In this document: in pieces, positions 17,775 through 27,049 of the stretch
Numbering within the stretch: position 1 is the stretch's first letter
Layout of the letters: every line of letters starts with the position of its first letter
Source: a virus
Taxonomy: Duplodnaviria > Caudoviricetes
DNA length: 60,992 bases
Virus record (IMG/VR): IMGVR_UViG_3300022602_000006
Coordinates: 1-60,992 of that record
Reading direction: 5' to 3' (one strand)
Made by a program: the position numbers and the translations under genes
The notes under the pieces: generated by a model
The model's database searches: none
Told to the model about the DNA's origin: nothing
The model's input: the letters and a program-made list of their open reading frames with translations, nothing else

Positions 17775-18650
17775 ATGACTTATCCGGTAATCTCAAGCCC
17801 TTACGGGTTTAAGCCGTATAACCTCATTGGTGGTCGGGTCTTTGCGGGTTCTACCCGTATGGTTCCCATCGCCAACGGATATGCGTCTAACTTGAACAAT
17901 GGTGACATTGTTCAGATCAATTCGGCTGACGGTACGTTGATTAAAACCGCTATTTCTACCCCCGGCACTTCTCAGGCGGCGGTTGCTGGTACGATTGGCG
18001 TGTTCCTTGGTTGCGAGTACGCAACCTCGGGTGGCCCGATCTATGGCCTGAACCGTTTCAACAACTGGGTTGGCGGTACGACGGCGGTCACTTCGGTGAG
18101 TGCTTCGTCCACGACCGGTGTGACGGGCTACGTCCTTGATGACCCGTTCGCGGTGTTCAAGGTCGTTGCGGTTGCCAACAACGCTTCAGCGAGCAGCACG
18201 ACGATTGCGGCGTTTGGCCCAGCGTTCCTCGGCTCGAACGTGCAGATCGTGTCCAACTACTCGGCAACGGTACCGCTTACTGGCGATTCGTCGGCGGGTG
18301 TGTGCGGCAGCACAACGTCCAACCTTACGCTCTCCACTGCCAGCCCGTTCCGTATCGTTCAGTTTGTCCCAGAGACGGCCCTGTCTGCTGCGACGACGAT
18401 CACGGCTACGGCGACCAGCACTACTCAGACCGTTGCGTCCACGACCGGCATTTATGTCGGCATGAACATCTCCGGTACGGGTGTCGCGGCGGGTACGACT
18501 GTTTCGTCCATTACCAACAGCACCACGTTCGTCGCTTCGGCGTCGATCACGGGTACTTCGGGTAATGCGATTTCGTTCTTTGGTTATCCAGAAGTTCTTG
18601 TAACGTGGACGGATACGTACCACAGCTACACGAACTCCACTGGCGTTTAA
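17775..18650 (+). CDS. Minor capsid/decoration protein
   Basis: PYGFKP, IGVFLGCEY, V.DDP; Thr/Ser-rich insert; precedes MCP. Confidence 0.7.
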   Translation: MTYPVISSPYGFKPYNLIGGRVFAGSTRMVPIANGYASNLNNGDIVQINSADGTLIKTAISTPGTSQAAVAGTIGVFLGCEYATSGGPIYGLNRFNNWVGGTTAVTSVSASSTTGVTGYVLDDPFAVFKVVAVANNASASSTTIAAFGPAFLGSNVQIVSNYSATVPLTGDSSAGVCGSTTSNLTLSTASPFRIVQFVPETALSAATTITATATSTTQTVASTTGIYVGMNISGTGVAAGTTVSSITNSTTFVASASITGTSGNAISFFGYPEVLVTWTDTYHSYTNSTGV

Positions 18651-18663
18651 GGGAGCATTTTAA

Positions 18664-19575
18664 ATGGCTATTTCAAGAGCACAGCTACTTAAGGAACTGC
18701 TCCCCGGCTTGAACGCTTTGTTCGGTCTGGAGTATGCAACCTACGGTGAGGAACATAAGGAAATTTTCGAGATCGAAAGTTCCGAGCGTTCCTTTGAAGA
18801 AGAGACGAAGCTTTCGGGCTTCAGCGCGGCCCCGGTGAAGAACGAAGGCCAAGCGATTGCGTATGACAATGCGCAGGAAGCTTGGACTGCTCGTTACAAC
18901 CACGAGACCATCGCTCTCGGCTTCTCCATCACGGAAGAAGCGGTTGAAGACAACCTGTATGACTCACTCAGCAAGCGTTATACGAAGGCGCTCGCCCGTG
19001 CGATGGCGTACACGAAGCAGGTCAAGGGCGCGTCGATCATCAACAACGGCTTCAGCACCACCTACACGGGCGGTGACGGACAGCCGCTGTATTCGACGGC
19101 TCACCCGCTCGTCTCTGGTGGTACCAACAGCAACACCTTCACGACACAGGCTGACTTGAACGAGACCTCGCTTGAAGCGGCGGTCATTCAGATCTCCCAG
19201 TGGACGGATGAACGTGGGCTGCTCATTGCCGCCAAGCCTCGGAAGCTGATCGTTCCTCCGCAGCTCATGTTCGTTGCCAAGCGTCTGCTTGACACTGAAC
19301 TGCGCGTTGGCACGACCGACAACGACATCAACGCCCTCAAGGCGATGGGGTCGATTCCGGAAGGCTACAAGATCAACCACTTCCTGACGGATCCAAATGC
19401 TTGGTTCCTCATCACGGACGTGCCTAATGGTCTGAAGATGTTTGTTCGTACCCCGCTCCAGAATTCGATGGACGGCGATTTCGACACCGGCAACGTCCGG
19501 TACAAGAGCCGCGAGCGTTATAGCTTCGGCTGGTCGGATCCGCTCGGCACCTTCGGTTCGGCGGGTTCTACCTGA
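18664..19575 (+). CDS. Major capsid protein (Mu gpT-like HK97 fold)
   Basis: MAISRAQLLKELLPGLNALFG, LIVPPQL, RERYSFGWSD. Confidence 0.92.
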   Translation: MAISRAQLLKELLPGLNALFGLEYATYGEEHKEIFEIESSERSFEEETKLSGFSAAPVKNEGQAIAYDNAQEAWTARYNHETIALGFSITEEAVEDNLYDSLSKRYTKALARAMAYTKQVKGASIINNGFSTTYTGGDGQPLYSTAHPLVSGGTNSNTFTTQADLNETSLEAAVIQISQWTDERGLLIAAKPRKLIVPPQLMFVAKRLLDTELRVGTTDNDINALKAMGSIPEGYKINHFLTDPNAWFLITDVPNGLKMFVRTPLQNSMDGDFDTGNVRYKSRERYSFGWSDPLGTFGSAGST

Positions 19576-19588
19576 TAGGGTAGTAGAG

Positions 19589-19616
19589 GAGGCCACCTTC
19601 GGGTGGCCTCTTTTTT
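19589..19616 (+). terminator. Intrinsic terminator after MCP
   Basis: GAGGCCACC-TTCG-GGTGGCCTC-TTTTTT. Confidence 0.9.
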
Positions 19617-19646
19617 GATTATGTAAAATGGTGTATAACGATACTA

Positions 19647-19713
19647 CTAGGGTTTCGAGTCATACCAACTGACCTAGCAGACGATGCACCGATGGTATGA
19701 CGGTCTTGTGCAT
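19647..19713 (+). ncRNA. Pseudoknotted RNA element downstream of gpT-like MCP (candidate Mu-gpT-DE-type motif)
   Basis: Interleaved pairings CTAGG/CCTAG, GTCATACCA/TGGTATGAC, ATGCAC/GTGCAT. Confidence 0.6.
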
Positions 19714-19727
19714 AAGGAGTATTTTCA

Positions 19728-20204
19728 ATGGGTATTGCATCGCATTTAGGCCCGTGGCAGCTCGGCACCGTCCGAAGCACGACGGGTACTACCGCTGGTA
19801 CGGTTCGCAACATGGGTACGACCATCGTTGCCCAGCTTAAGCCAATTCTTTACACGGACGCGGCACCTTCGACTGCGTTCTGGCTCCCTGCCGGTGCGTT
19901 CATTACGCTGGCGCAGTTCTACACCACGACTGCATGGACGGGTACTACCCCGACGCTGACCCTCTCGGGCAACGGCACGGCGTTTACCACGGCCCTTTCG
20001 CTAAGCTCGCTTGGGTCTTCGATCATGACTGTCGCTTCAACCTCTGGCGCGATGGGGTTTGTAACCAACGTCGGCACGGCTGATGCGCAGGTTACGTACA
20101 CGATTGGTGGTACGGCGACCGCTGGCGCGGGTGTTATCTATCTTGCCTACATGGTACGTCAGTCTGACGGTACGACTGTTCCTACGTATAACACCGGCCC
20201 GTAA
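19728..20204 (+). CDS. Virion structural (decoration-like) protein
   Basis: AAGGAG RBS; HLGPW, LPAGA; Thr/Gly-rich. Confidence 0.7.
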   Translation: MGIASHLGPWQLGTVRSTTGTTAGTVRNMGTTIVAQLKPILYTDAAPSTAFWLPAGAFITLAQFYTTTAWTGTTPTLTLSGNGTAFTTALSLSSLGSSIMTVASTSGAMGFVTNVGTADAQVTYTIGGTATAGAGVIYLAYMVRQSDGTTVPTYNTGP

Positions 20205-20222
20205 TACTCAGGGAGCATTGAC

Positions 20223-20513
20223 ATGATGCAAACTGATGTAAAAAGTTACTACATGAACGCCACTGGATCCAGTGGCGTTGGTGGTACACGCACTCGCGTC
20301 AAAGCGGTGTATTACGTGTCAGGTGCAACTGCGGGGTCAGTCTTGTTCACAGACGGCGGGTCTACTGGGCCTACGTTGATTCAGTTCGACACCCCCACCG
20401 CCGCCAACTCGGGTAACGGGATGGTTCTCATCCCCGGTGAAGGTGTCGTATTTAGCGGCCCTCCGTATGTGACTCTGACTGGTGTGGCTTCGGTGACGTT
20501 CTTCTACGGATAG
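20223..20513 (+). CDS. Small virion protein
   Basis: MQTDVKS, IPGEGV, TFFYG. Confidence 0.7.
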   Translation: MMQTDVKSYYMNATGSSGVGGTRTRVKAVYYVSGATAGSVLFTDGGSTGPTLIQFDTPTAANSGNGMVLIPGEGVVFSGPPYVTLTGVASVTFFYG

Positions 20514-20517
20514 TGCC

Positions 20518-21303
20518 GTGACAGCCGTCTACCAAAGTTCCGCTGCCGCACTGAACATTCAGTGCGATCAGGGGGCTTCGTTCTCGTTGTCAGCCACGTG
20601 CTACGACGATGCGGGGCTTATCAACCTGACGGGCTATTCAGCCTTGATGCAGATCAGGAACTCGCCGACGTACAACGGTGGTGTGACCCCCACCGTTGTC
20701 TATTCGTTGTCCACGGCTGATGGACAAATTACGTTGGGTGGTGCGGCAGGTACGATTCAGTTAGCGATTTCCGCCGCGAATACGGCGTCGTTGCCTGATG
20801 GTGAATACAGTTACGACTTGTTCATCATACAGGGCAGTTTCCAAGCCAAGATGTTTGGTGGCCTGTTCACCGTCAACCCGCGCGTAACAGTAGCTCCGCA
20901 GACGTTGCCTTACTCGTTCTGGGGCTATTCTGGCAGTGGGCTTGAACCATTCTCTCCACCGTACCCGTCTGGGTTTATTGAAGGTTATCAGAATGGCAAC
21001 GTGGCTTCTGCTGACCCTCCGACGTTCAATGGCGCAATAATACTTTTGATTGCCTATCAGGGTAATTCATACGCTGCGAATGGCGTTTGGCTATTGGAAT
21101 TGCTTGGTACGTTGCCTAAAAACTTTTTTACATCGCTGCAATTCGTGGATAGCAACGGTACTTTGCAAACGCTGTACTCATCTAACGCCACGTTGGATAC
21201 GGTTACGGTTTCCGGGTCTACGATCTGGTCATGGCCTAGCACGGTTGACTACCCGCCTCTTTCGATCAGCCCACAGTTTATTATTTCAGTGGTGATGACC
21301 TAA
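20518..21303 (+). CDS. Virion protein with BppU-N-like adaptor domain
   Basis: DQGASF, NLTGYSALMQIR, YSYDL. Confidence 0.55.
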   Translation: MTAVYQSSAAALNIQCDQGASFSLSATCYDDAGLINLTGYSALMQIRNSPTYNGGVTPTVVYSLSTADGQITLGGAAGTIQLAISAANTASLPDGEYSYDLFIIQGSFQAKMFGGLFTVNPRVTVAPQTLPYSFWGYSGSGLEPFSPPYPSGFIEGYQNGNVASADPPTFNGAIILLIAYQGNSYAANGVWLLELLGTLPKNFFTSLQFVDSNGTLQTLYSSNATLDTVTVSGSTIWSWPSTVDYPPLSISPQFIISVVMT

Positions 21304-22301
21304 TGAGTAATTACAACATCCAGATCCAATACCCCGGAGTCGCTGGCCCGATTGGCGGTGCGATTCCTGCTGGTACTAATGGTCAGATGCAGTTTAACGA
21401 CAGCGGTGTGCTTGGCGGCGCGTCGATGACGTATAACTCTACAAACAAAACATATAACGTACCCGCTCCGTCAACCGCATTCGGTGGGGCAGTTGAAACG
21501 ATTACACAGCCTCCATTTAGCGGCATTTATCCAATCACGGATGCGGCGCTTAGTTTGCTTCCAGATTCTGTTTCTGGGTTTTCACAACAACTTATTGCAT
21601 CCGACAATTACACATTTGGCATCTCTGTCAGCGATAGCAGTACTTGGTATTCGGGATTTTCCATTAACGATTGGAATACCAGCAACACATTTTTACTTTA
21701 CAGTGGTGATTCTTCTCAGTCACTGTATGGTTTATTTTTGGGCGATGGGGTTACCGCCATTGAGTTATTTGATGGTACGGGTATTTATACGTCTAATACT
21801 ACTGGTGGGGCAAAAGGTCAAGGCACCATCAACGCAACGGGTTATTACGTCAACGGGCTTGTTTCTTTAGATGCGGAAGCGCAATCGTCAAGTTGTTCAT
21901 TTCACATAAATGACGTTCCGAATAACGCAAATTTTTTCGGATACAACCACGGATTATTTACCAACATAGGCGCTTATCCTACGTTGTCATTCAATACGGG
22001 GTCAGACCCCACAATGACGACGACCACGATGTCGCTCACCAACGGTCTTAGCATGACTGGAGCAACGGGTGGAGATCAAGGAGTTGGCACCATCAACGCA
22101 ACGGGTTATTACGTTAACGGAGTCCCTGTTGCTACTGGTGTTTTAACAGTCGCCACGCTTCCCACAGCAGCGGCTGGCGCTAGAGCTTTTGTAAGTGATT
22201 CAACAGTCGCTGCCGCTGGTAATTTTGGAGCCATTATTGCAGGTGGCAGTACACATACTGTTCCAGTTTGGTCAGATGGTACGCATTGGTATATTGGCTA
22301 G
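21303..22301 (+). CDS. Fibre/spike protein 1
   Basis: GQMQFNDSG, duplicated GTINATGYYVNG, C-terminal TVATLP...WSDGTHWYIG. Confidence 0.7.
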   Translation: MSNYNIQIQYPGVAGPIGGAIPAGTNGQMQFNDSGVLGGASMTYNSTNKTYNVPAPSTAFGGAVETITQPPFSGIYPITDAALSLLPDSVSGFSQQLIASDNYTFGISVSDSSTWYSGFSINDWNTSNTFLLYSGDSSQSLYGLFLGDGVTAIELFDGTGIYTSNTTGGAKGQGTINATGYYVNGLVSLDAEAQSSSCSFHINDVPNNANFFGYNHGLFTNIGAYPTLSFNTGSDPTMTTTTMSLTNGLSMTGATGGDQGVGTINATGYYVNGVPVATGVLTVATLPTAAAGARAFVSDSTVAAAGNFGAIIAGGSTHTVPVWSDGTHWYIG

Positions 22302-22307
22302 GAGAAT

Positions 22308-22586
22308 TTGATGGCTACTTTTAGCGTTAATCTCAACGGTACTGCATTCAGCTACACCATCGCTGACGCAGACTGGACGCGCATCATGAATGCGTTTACA
22401 GCGACTGGTACGACCAAGAATCAAAAGGGCGAATCGGTCGTTCCTACCGAAGCGCAAGTTAATGCCAGCATTGCCAACCAGATGTTATCCATACTGATTC
22501 GCTTGCCGCAGCGCCATGAAGCGTTGGCCGCTATTAAAACAGCACAGGCGGCGGTTGCAGCGATCACTGCAACCCCGGTGGCGTGA
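22308..22586 (+). CDS. Small protein, possible fibre chaperone
   Basis: AGGAG RBS (ATG 22311); follows fibre gene. Confidence 0.55.
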   Translation: MMATFSVNLNGTAFSYTIADADWTRIMNAFTATGTTKNQKGESVVPTEAQVNASIANQMLSILIRLPQRHEALAAIKTAQAAVAAITATPVA

Positions 22587-22837
22587 TGGCTAAATCTCCT
22601 GCATGGCAGCGTAAGGAAGGCAAGAACCCCAACGGTGGGTTGAATGCCAAAGGTCGTGCGTCTGCCAAGAAACAAGGCATGAACCTTAAAGCCCCGGCCC
22701 CGCATCCCAAGACCAAGAAGGACGCGGCTAGGCGTAAATCTTTTTGCGCCAGAATGTCAGGGATGCCGGGGGCAATGAAAGATGAAAAGGGACGACCAAC
22801 CCGTAAGGCGTTGTCGTTAAAAGCATGGAATTGTTAA
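22583..22837 (+). CDS. Basic conserved phage protein (DUF6321-like)
   Basis: KSPAWQRKEGKNPNGGLN, RRKSFCARM, KAWNC. Confidence 0.75.
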   Translation: MMAKSPAWQRKEGKNPNGGLNAKGRASAKKQGMNLKAPAPHPKTKKDAARRKSFCARMSGMPGAMKDEKGRPTRKALSLKAWNC

Positions 22838-22838
22838 C

Positions 22839-24038
22839 ATGCCAAGCGTAAGTAAAAAGCAACACAACCTGATGGCGATGGTGGCTCATAACCCCAAAGC
22901 CGCCAAACGGGTTGGAATTCCCCAGAAAGTGGGGAAGCATTTTACTGATGCTGACAAAGGCAGGAAGTTTGGTGAAGGCGGTATTGCAGACAAGTTGAAG
23001 GGTTATTGGGAAGATGTCAAGCAACAAGCACGCGATGCTATTGAGGCAACCAAGAATGACCCATCCCTTCTTCTTGGTACAGGAATGGCTAAACAAACTG
23101 CTGATGCACTAGTTAGCAGCAACGCTAGAAATGAACATAAACGAGGTGGTAGCGTGAAGCGTAAATTTGCAGATGGTGGGATTAACATTCCCAACGCTGG
23201 TTTATATGGAGGTCGTCCCATGATGCCTCCGATGGCTGGCAATAGTCCCATGCCGCCCGGTATGCAGGGGCAAATGGCTGGTATGCCTCCGATGGCGCGT
23301 CCTTCGTTTGGCCCCAATCCTATGGTCAATAATCCTATGCAACGTCCAATGGTTGGCATGAACCCTATGGGTGCAATGCCCGTTGCTCGTCAAACTTATA
23401 AAAAAGGCGGTCACGTGAAACCGAATGAACTTAAAGGCAAAGCTAAGGAAACGAAGTCGATTGCCAAAGAAGAAATGAAAGCCCTGAAGCGCGGTCATGC
23501 GCCAAAGGAAATTTTGGATCATGAACGTGCGGAGCATAAAGCTATGGGTTACAAAAAAGGTGGGCCAATGAAACATACCAAGCATATGGCGAGGGGTGGC
23601 ATGGGTGCCGCTCGTAAGCCTCGTATCAATCCCGCTGCTCTGGCAGCAATGATGGGGCCACCTCCCAGTGCTGGTGCTGGCCCGATGGCGGCTGGCCCCG
23701 GTGGCCCTCCCGGTATGCCGGGGGCGATGGCGCATGGTGGTACGATCCATCATCACCACGCCAAGACTTCTCATCACCACCATCACCACCACTATGCTCA
23801 CGGTGGCGCTGTCAAGCATCACGACATGTCCGAGTCGCATGGTGAGCGTATCAGCAAGAAGCCCGAAGTCGAAAAGATGATCGGCGGCAAGAAGCGAGCT
23901 AACCCGGATGGTGCCGAGAAGAAAGGCCACACCAAGGGTAAGGTCGTCAAGATGGCTCGTGGCGGTCATGTTGGTAGTCATCACGCTCGCGGCGGCGGTA
24001 TTGAGTCTAAGGGCAAGTCCAAGTACAAGGTTTGCTAA
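22839..24038 (+). CDS. Low-complexity multi-xxGG protein (Met/Pro-rich and His-rich segments)
   Basis: About 10 [FYMH]xxGG motifs. Confidence 0.8.
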   Translation: MPSVSKKQHNLMAMVAHNPKAAKRVGIPQKVGKHFTDADKGRKFGEGGIADKLKGYWEDVKQQARDAIEATKNDPSLLLGTGMAKQTADALVSSNARNEHKRGGSVKRKFADGGINIPNAGLYGGRPMMPPMAGNSPMPPGMQGQMAGMPPMARPSFGPNPMVNNPMQRPMVGMNPMGAMPVARQTYKKGGHVKPNELKGKAKETKSIAKEEMKALKRGHAPKEILDHERAEHKAMGYKKGGPMKHTKHMARGGMGAARKPRINPAALAAMMGPPPSAGAGPMAAGPGGPPGMPGAMAHGGTIHHHHAKTSHHHHHHHYAHGGAVKHHDMSESHGERISKKPEVEKMIGGKKRANPDGAEKKGHTKGKVVKMARGGHVGSHHARGGGIESKGKSKYKVC

Positions 24039-24929
24039 ATGACTAAGAAGCACACCAAAATTAAACGGATGCCGAAATCCAACAAACGGATGAAGCGTCA
24101 TTTTGATGATGGCGGCGGGGTAGACATGTCTACCCTGTCAATGCCGCAAAACATTACGCCAGACTACGACTCGATGTCGTTCGGTAAGGCGTATCAGCTT
24201 GCGAAACAGCTTGGTGACAAGACTTTCTCCTACAAAGGCCAGCAGTACGCTGCTGACCCGACGTTGGAAGCTAGAAATAAAGCCGCCCTTGCTGCTCGCG
24301 CTGCTCCTCCGGAAGTTACCACGATGGGCAGTCGTCCAGATGTCGCTTCAACTAGCGCCCGTGGTGCTGGTGGTCAGTATCTTGACCCTGATATGGCGGC
24401 GTATGCCAGCTCACGTCCATCCGTGGCACAGGCCAAAGCGGCTGCGCTTGAGAATGAAAAGCAGTTTGGTCGCTTGCTAGCAGCCGGTGCGGCTGGCGGC
24501 GCTGGGCTAGGGCTTGGTGCAGCTGCACTAGGCGCTCCAGCTATCGAAGCTATGGGCTTCGGCGGTTCCGAAGGCGCAACGGACGTTGCTGGTGCGGGTC
24601 GCATTGCCAACCTTGACCGTGGCGCTGGGATGATGGACAAGTGGCGCAAAGGTCGTGACTTCGCCGAGCGCATGTGGAAGAACCGACAAGGTGCACAGGC
24701 TGCTGGAAGCGCAGAAACTGCGCCTTCCCCGAATCAGGCGGCGATAGACAGCTTTATCAAACAAATGCAAGCTAAACAAAGATTATCAACAGGTTCGGTC
24801 TACAAAAAAGGTGGCAAGATCAAACCTAAGAAGCCAATGGTTAAGATGGCTCGTGGCGGTCACGTTAGTTCCGCATCTAGTAGAGCAGATGGAATAGCCA
24901 GTCGTGGCAAAACTCGTTGTAAATATTGA
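24039..24929 (+). CDS. Basic/Ala-Gly-rich xxGG protein
   Basis: FDDGG, YKKGG, MARGG, RADGIASRGKT. Confidence 0.8.
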   Translation: MTKKHTKIKRMPKSNKRMKRHFDDGGGVDMSTLSMPQNITPDYDSMSFGKAYQLAKQLGDKTFSYKGQQYAADPTLEARNKAALAARAAPPEVTTMGSRPDVASTSARGAGGQYLDPDMAAYASSRPSVAQAKAAALENEKQFGRLLAAGAAGGAGLGLGAAALGAPAIEAMGFGGSEGATDVAGAGRIANLDRGAGMMDKWRKGRDFAERMWKNRQGAQAAGSAETAPSPNQAAIDSFIKQMQAKQRLSTGSVYKKGGKIKPKKPMVKMARGGHVSSASSRADGIASRGKTRCKY

Positions 24930-24943
24930 TAAGGAGATTTGAG

Positions 24944-25117
24944 ATGAAGCATCATATGAAGCATGGTGGTCACGTGGGTGGGCATCCGAAGCATCACGCC
25001 CCGAAGCATCACCCGGAACACATGACCCCGCATACCCACCATCACAAGGATGGCGGTCACGTCCATACGCACATGCCGCACCACGAGCATGTCCGTAAGC
25101 ACATGCACGGTAAGTAA
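24944..25117 (+). CDS. 57-aa His-rich peptide
   Basis: AAGGAG RBS; 22 of 57 residues His. Confidence 0.7.
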   Translation: MKHHMKHGGHVGGHPKHHAPKHHPEHMTPHTHHHKDGGHVHTHMPHHEHVRKHMHGK

Positions 25118-25120
25118 GTC

Positions 25121-25399
25121 ATGATGCCTTCACGTGGGATGGGGATCATCAGTCCGTCTAAACAGCCAAGGCTGATTAAGCGGAGAGATGCCAACGTCCC
25201 CGTGAAGGTATATGCCGGTGGCGGTAAGGTTAAGCCTTTCTGGGATAAGGAAAAGCCTAAAGGTCGCAAGACCAAACACTTGAGCGATAAGCAGATGAAT
25301 ACCGCTAAAGCTAGGGCAAAGGCTGCTGGTCGGCCCTACCCGAATTTAGTGGATAACGCTGCTGTTGCTCGCAAATGTGGGGGCGGTAAAATCCGATGA
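25121..25399 (+). CDS. Small basic xxGG protein
   Basis: SRGMGII, YAGGGKV, GRPYPNLVDN. Confidence 0.75.
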   Translation: MMPSRGMGIISPSKQPRLIKRRDANVPVKVYAGGGKVKPFWDKEKPKGRKTKHLSDKQMNTAKARAKAAGRPYPNLVDNAAVARKCGGGKIR

Positions 25400-26133
25400 G
25401 CTATCCAGTACCACTGACGACGACCAACACTTCGACGTTCAACCTCGATTTCAACACTATTGCTGAAGAAGCGTTTGAACGATGTGGTGCAGAGATGCGA
25501 ACGGGTTACGATCTTCGTACCGCCCGCCGTTCTCTTAGTCTTCTAGTACTTGAATGGGCCAACCAAGGTATCAACCTGTGGACGGTTGACCAAGGTGAAA
25601 TAGTTCTTCAGACAGGGGTAATTACCTACGACCTGCCTGTGGATACCGTGGATCTGTTGGATCAGGTGATCCGTACTGGTTCGGGTAACACCCAACAGGA
25701 CATCAACATTACCCGTATCTCGGTAAGCACCTACGCGATGATCCCGAACAAGAACGCCCAAGGGCGTCCTATTCAGGTCTGGATCAATCGACAGTCGGGT
25801 GCTACTAACGCCGATGGTACGGTTCAATACCCACAGATCAACGTGTGGCCTTCGCCCGATCCCAGTACGCAGTACACGTTTGTGTATTGGCGTCTACGTC
25901 GTATGTACGATGTAGGAACTGGCGTCAATGGCGAAGACATCCCGTTTAGATTCTTACCCGCGATGGTTGCGGGTTTGGCGTATATGTTGTCTGTCAAGAT
26001 CCCCGGCGCTGAGCAACGCACTGCGATGCTCAAACAGCAGTATCAGGAAACTTGGCAGCTTGCGGCTGACGAGGATAGGGAAAAGGCAGCGATTCGGTTC
26101 GTACCACGTGAGACCTTCATAGGTTACAGGTGA
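25396..26133 (+). CDS. Head-tail adaptor / tail tubular protein A-like
   Basis: EEAFERCG, ARRSL, GRPIQ, VWPSPD. Confidence 0.75.
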   Translation: MSYPVPLTTTNTSTFNLDFNTIAEEAFERCGAEMRTGYDLRTARRSLSLLVLEWANQGINLWTVDQGEIVLQTGVITYDLPVDTVDLLDQVIRTGSGNTQQDINITRISVSTYAMIPNKNAQGRPIQVWINRQSGATNADGTVQYPQINVWPSPDPSTQYTFVYWRLRRMYDVGTGVNGEDIPFRFLPAMVAGLAYMLSVKIPGAEQRTAMLKQQYQETWQLAADEDREKAAIRFVPRETFIGYR

Positions 26134-26136
26134 TCC

Positions 26137-26649
26137 GTGCCTAGTCGGTTTGCTTCTGGCAAAAATGCGATTGCGGAGTGTGACCGATGTGGGTTTCGGT
26201 ACAAGCTAACCGATCTGAAAAACTTGGTCATCAAGACCAAGAACGTCACGATCAAGGTTTGCCCCGAATGCTGGGAACCGGATCAGCCGCAGTTGCAGCT
26301 TGGGCTTTATCCAGTCAACGATCCGCAAGCTGTGCGCGAACCGCGACCGGACGTGAGCTACTACACGCCTACCGGTGCGGTTGGTGGCGACGGCGGCAGT
26401 CGAGTGATTCAGTGGGGCTGGAATCCAGTGGGGTACAACACCTCCCTGTTCAGCAGCACGATGAACGGATCAGGGCCAACAAACAGCGCCGTGAATCCGG
26501 GTGGCGGGGTTCAGAACGATCTGGTAGCCCGTGGGGCTATTGGCACGGTGACGGCGACAGGGCCGGTGAATACGGAAGTTAGTGTGACGTATCTGACGAC
26601 TACAGGTTACTTGGGTGAAATAGCGGCGGTTACGCCGGGAGAAGTATGA
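26137..26649 (+). CDS. Conserved zinc-ribbon virion-module protein
   Basis: CDRCGF, CPECWE, DPQAVREPRPD. Confidence 0.75.
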   Translation: MPSRFASGKNAIAECDRCGFRYKLTDLKNLVIKTKNVTIKVCPECWEPDQPQLQLGLYPVNDPQAVREPRPDVSYYTPTGAVGGDGGSRVIQWGWNPVGYNTSLFSSTMNGSGPTNSAVNPGGGVQNDLVARGAIGTVTATGPVNTEVSVTYLTTTGYLGEIAAVTPGEV

Positions 26650-26795
26650 TGCACGACAGCAAGCAGGGTAAGAATCCCTATCAGGGACACAGTGACTCCA
26701 CGAAGAAGGGTGGCCCTACTTCGATGGATCGTAAGAAGTTCGGGCGCAACATGTCCCGAGCGTTGAACCAGCGCGGGAGCGCGAGGGGACGGTAA
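26646..26795 (+). CDS. 49-aa basic peptide with KKGG and GRNMSRALNQ
   Basis: Manually translated; overlaps both neighbours (ATGA, TAATG). Confidence 0.65.
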   Translation: MMHDSKQGKNPYQGHSDSTKKGGPTSMDRKKFGRNMSRALNQRGSARGR

Positions 26796-27049
26796 TGACT
26801 AACAAGTGGCAGGATTACAAGTTCCCTGAGTGGGGCAAGCAGAAGATGGGCGATTACGCTCAGCCTGTAGCCAACACGTGGAAGCCGGGGCGTCAGAAGG
26901 ATACTGGGTATCCGGATGAAGGCATTGACATGAACGACATCATGGTCAAAGGTCGCTACCCGACTGGCACCAAAAAGAAGAAGCTCATGGACATCCGTGG
27001 GTATGGTGCTGCTACCAAGGGTCGCAAGTTCCACCCGGATGAAGACTGA
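26795..27049 (+). CDS. Small basic protein
   Basis: RGYGAATKG motif. Confidence 0.7.
   Translation: MTNKWQDYKFPEWGKQKMGDYAQPVANTWKPGRQKDTGYPDEGIDMNDIMVKGRYPTGTKKKKLMDIRGYGAATKGRKFHPDED

Noticed and set aside
23202-24101. 299-aa antisense ORF and other long antisense ORFs
   Set aside because: Shadows of strongly biased sense genes; no RBS or motifs
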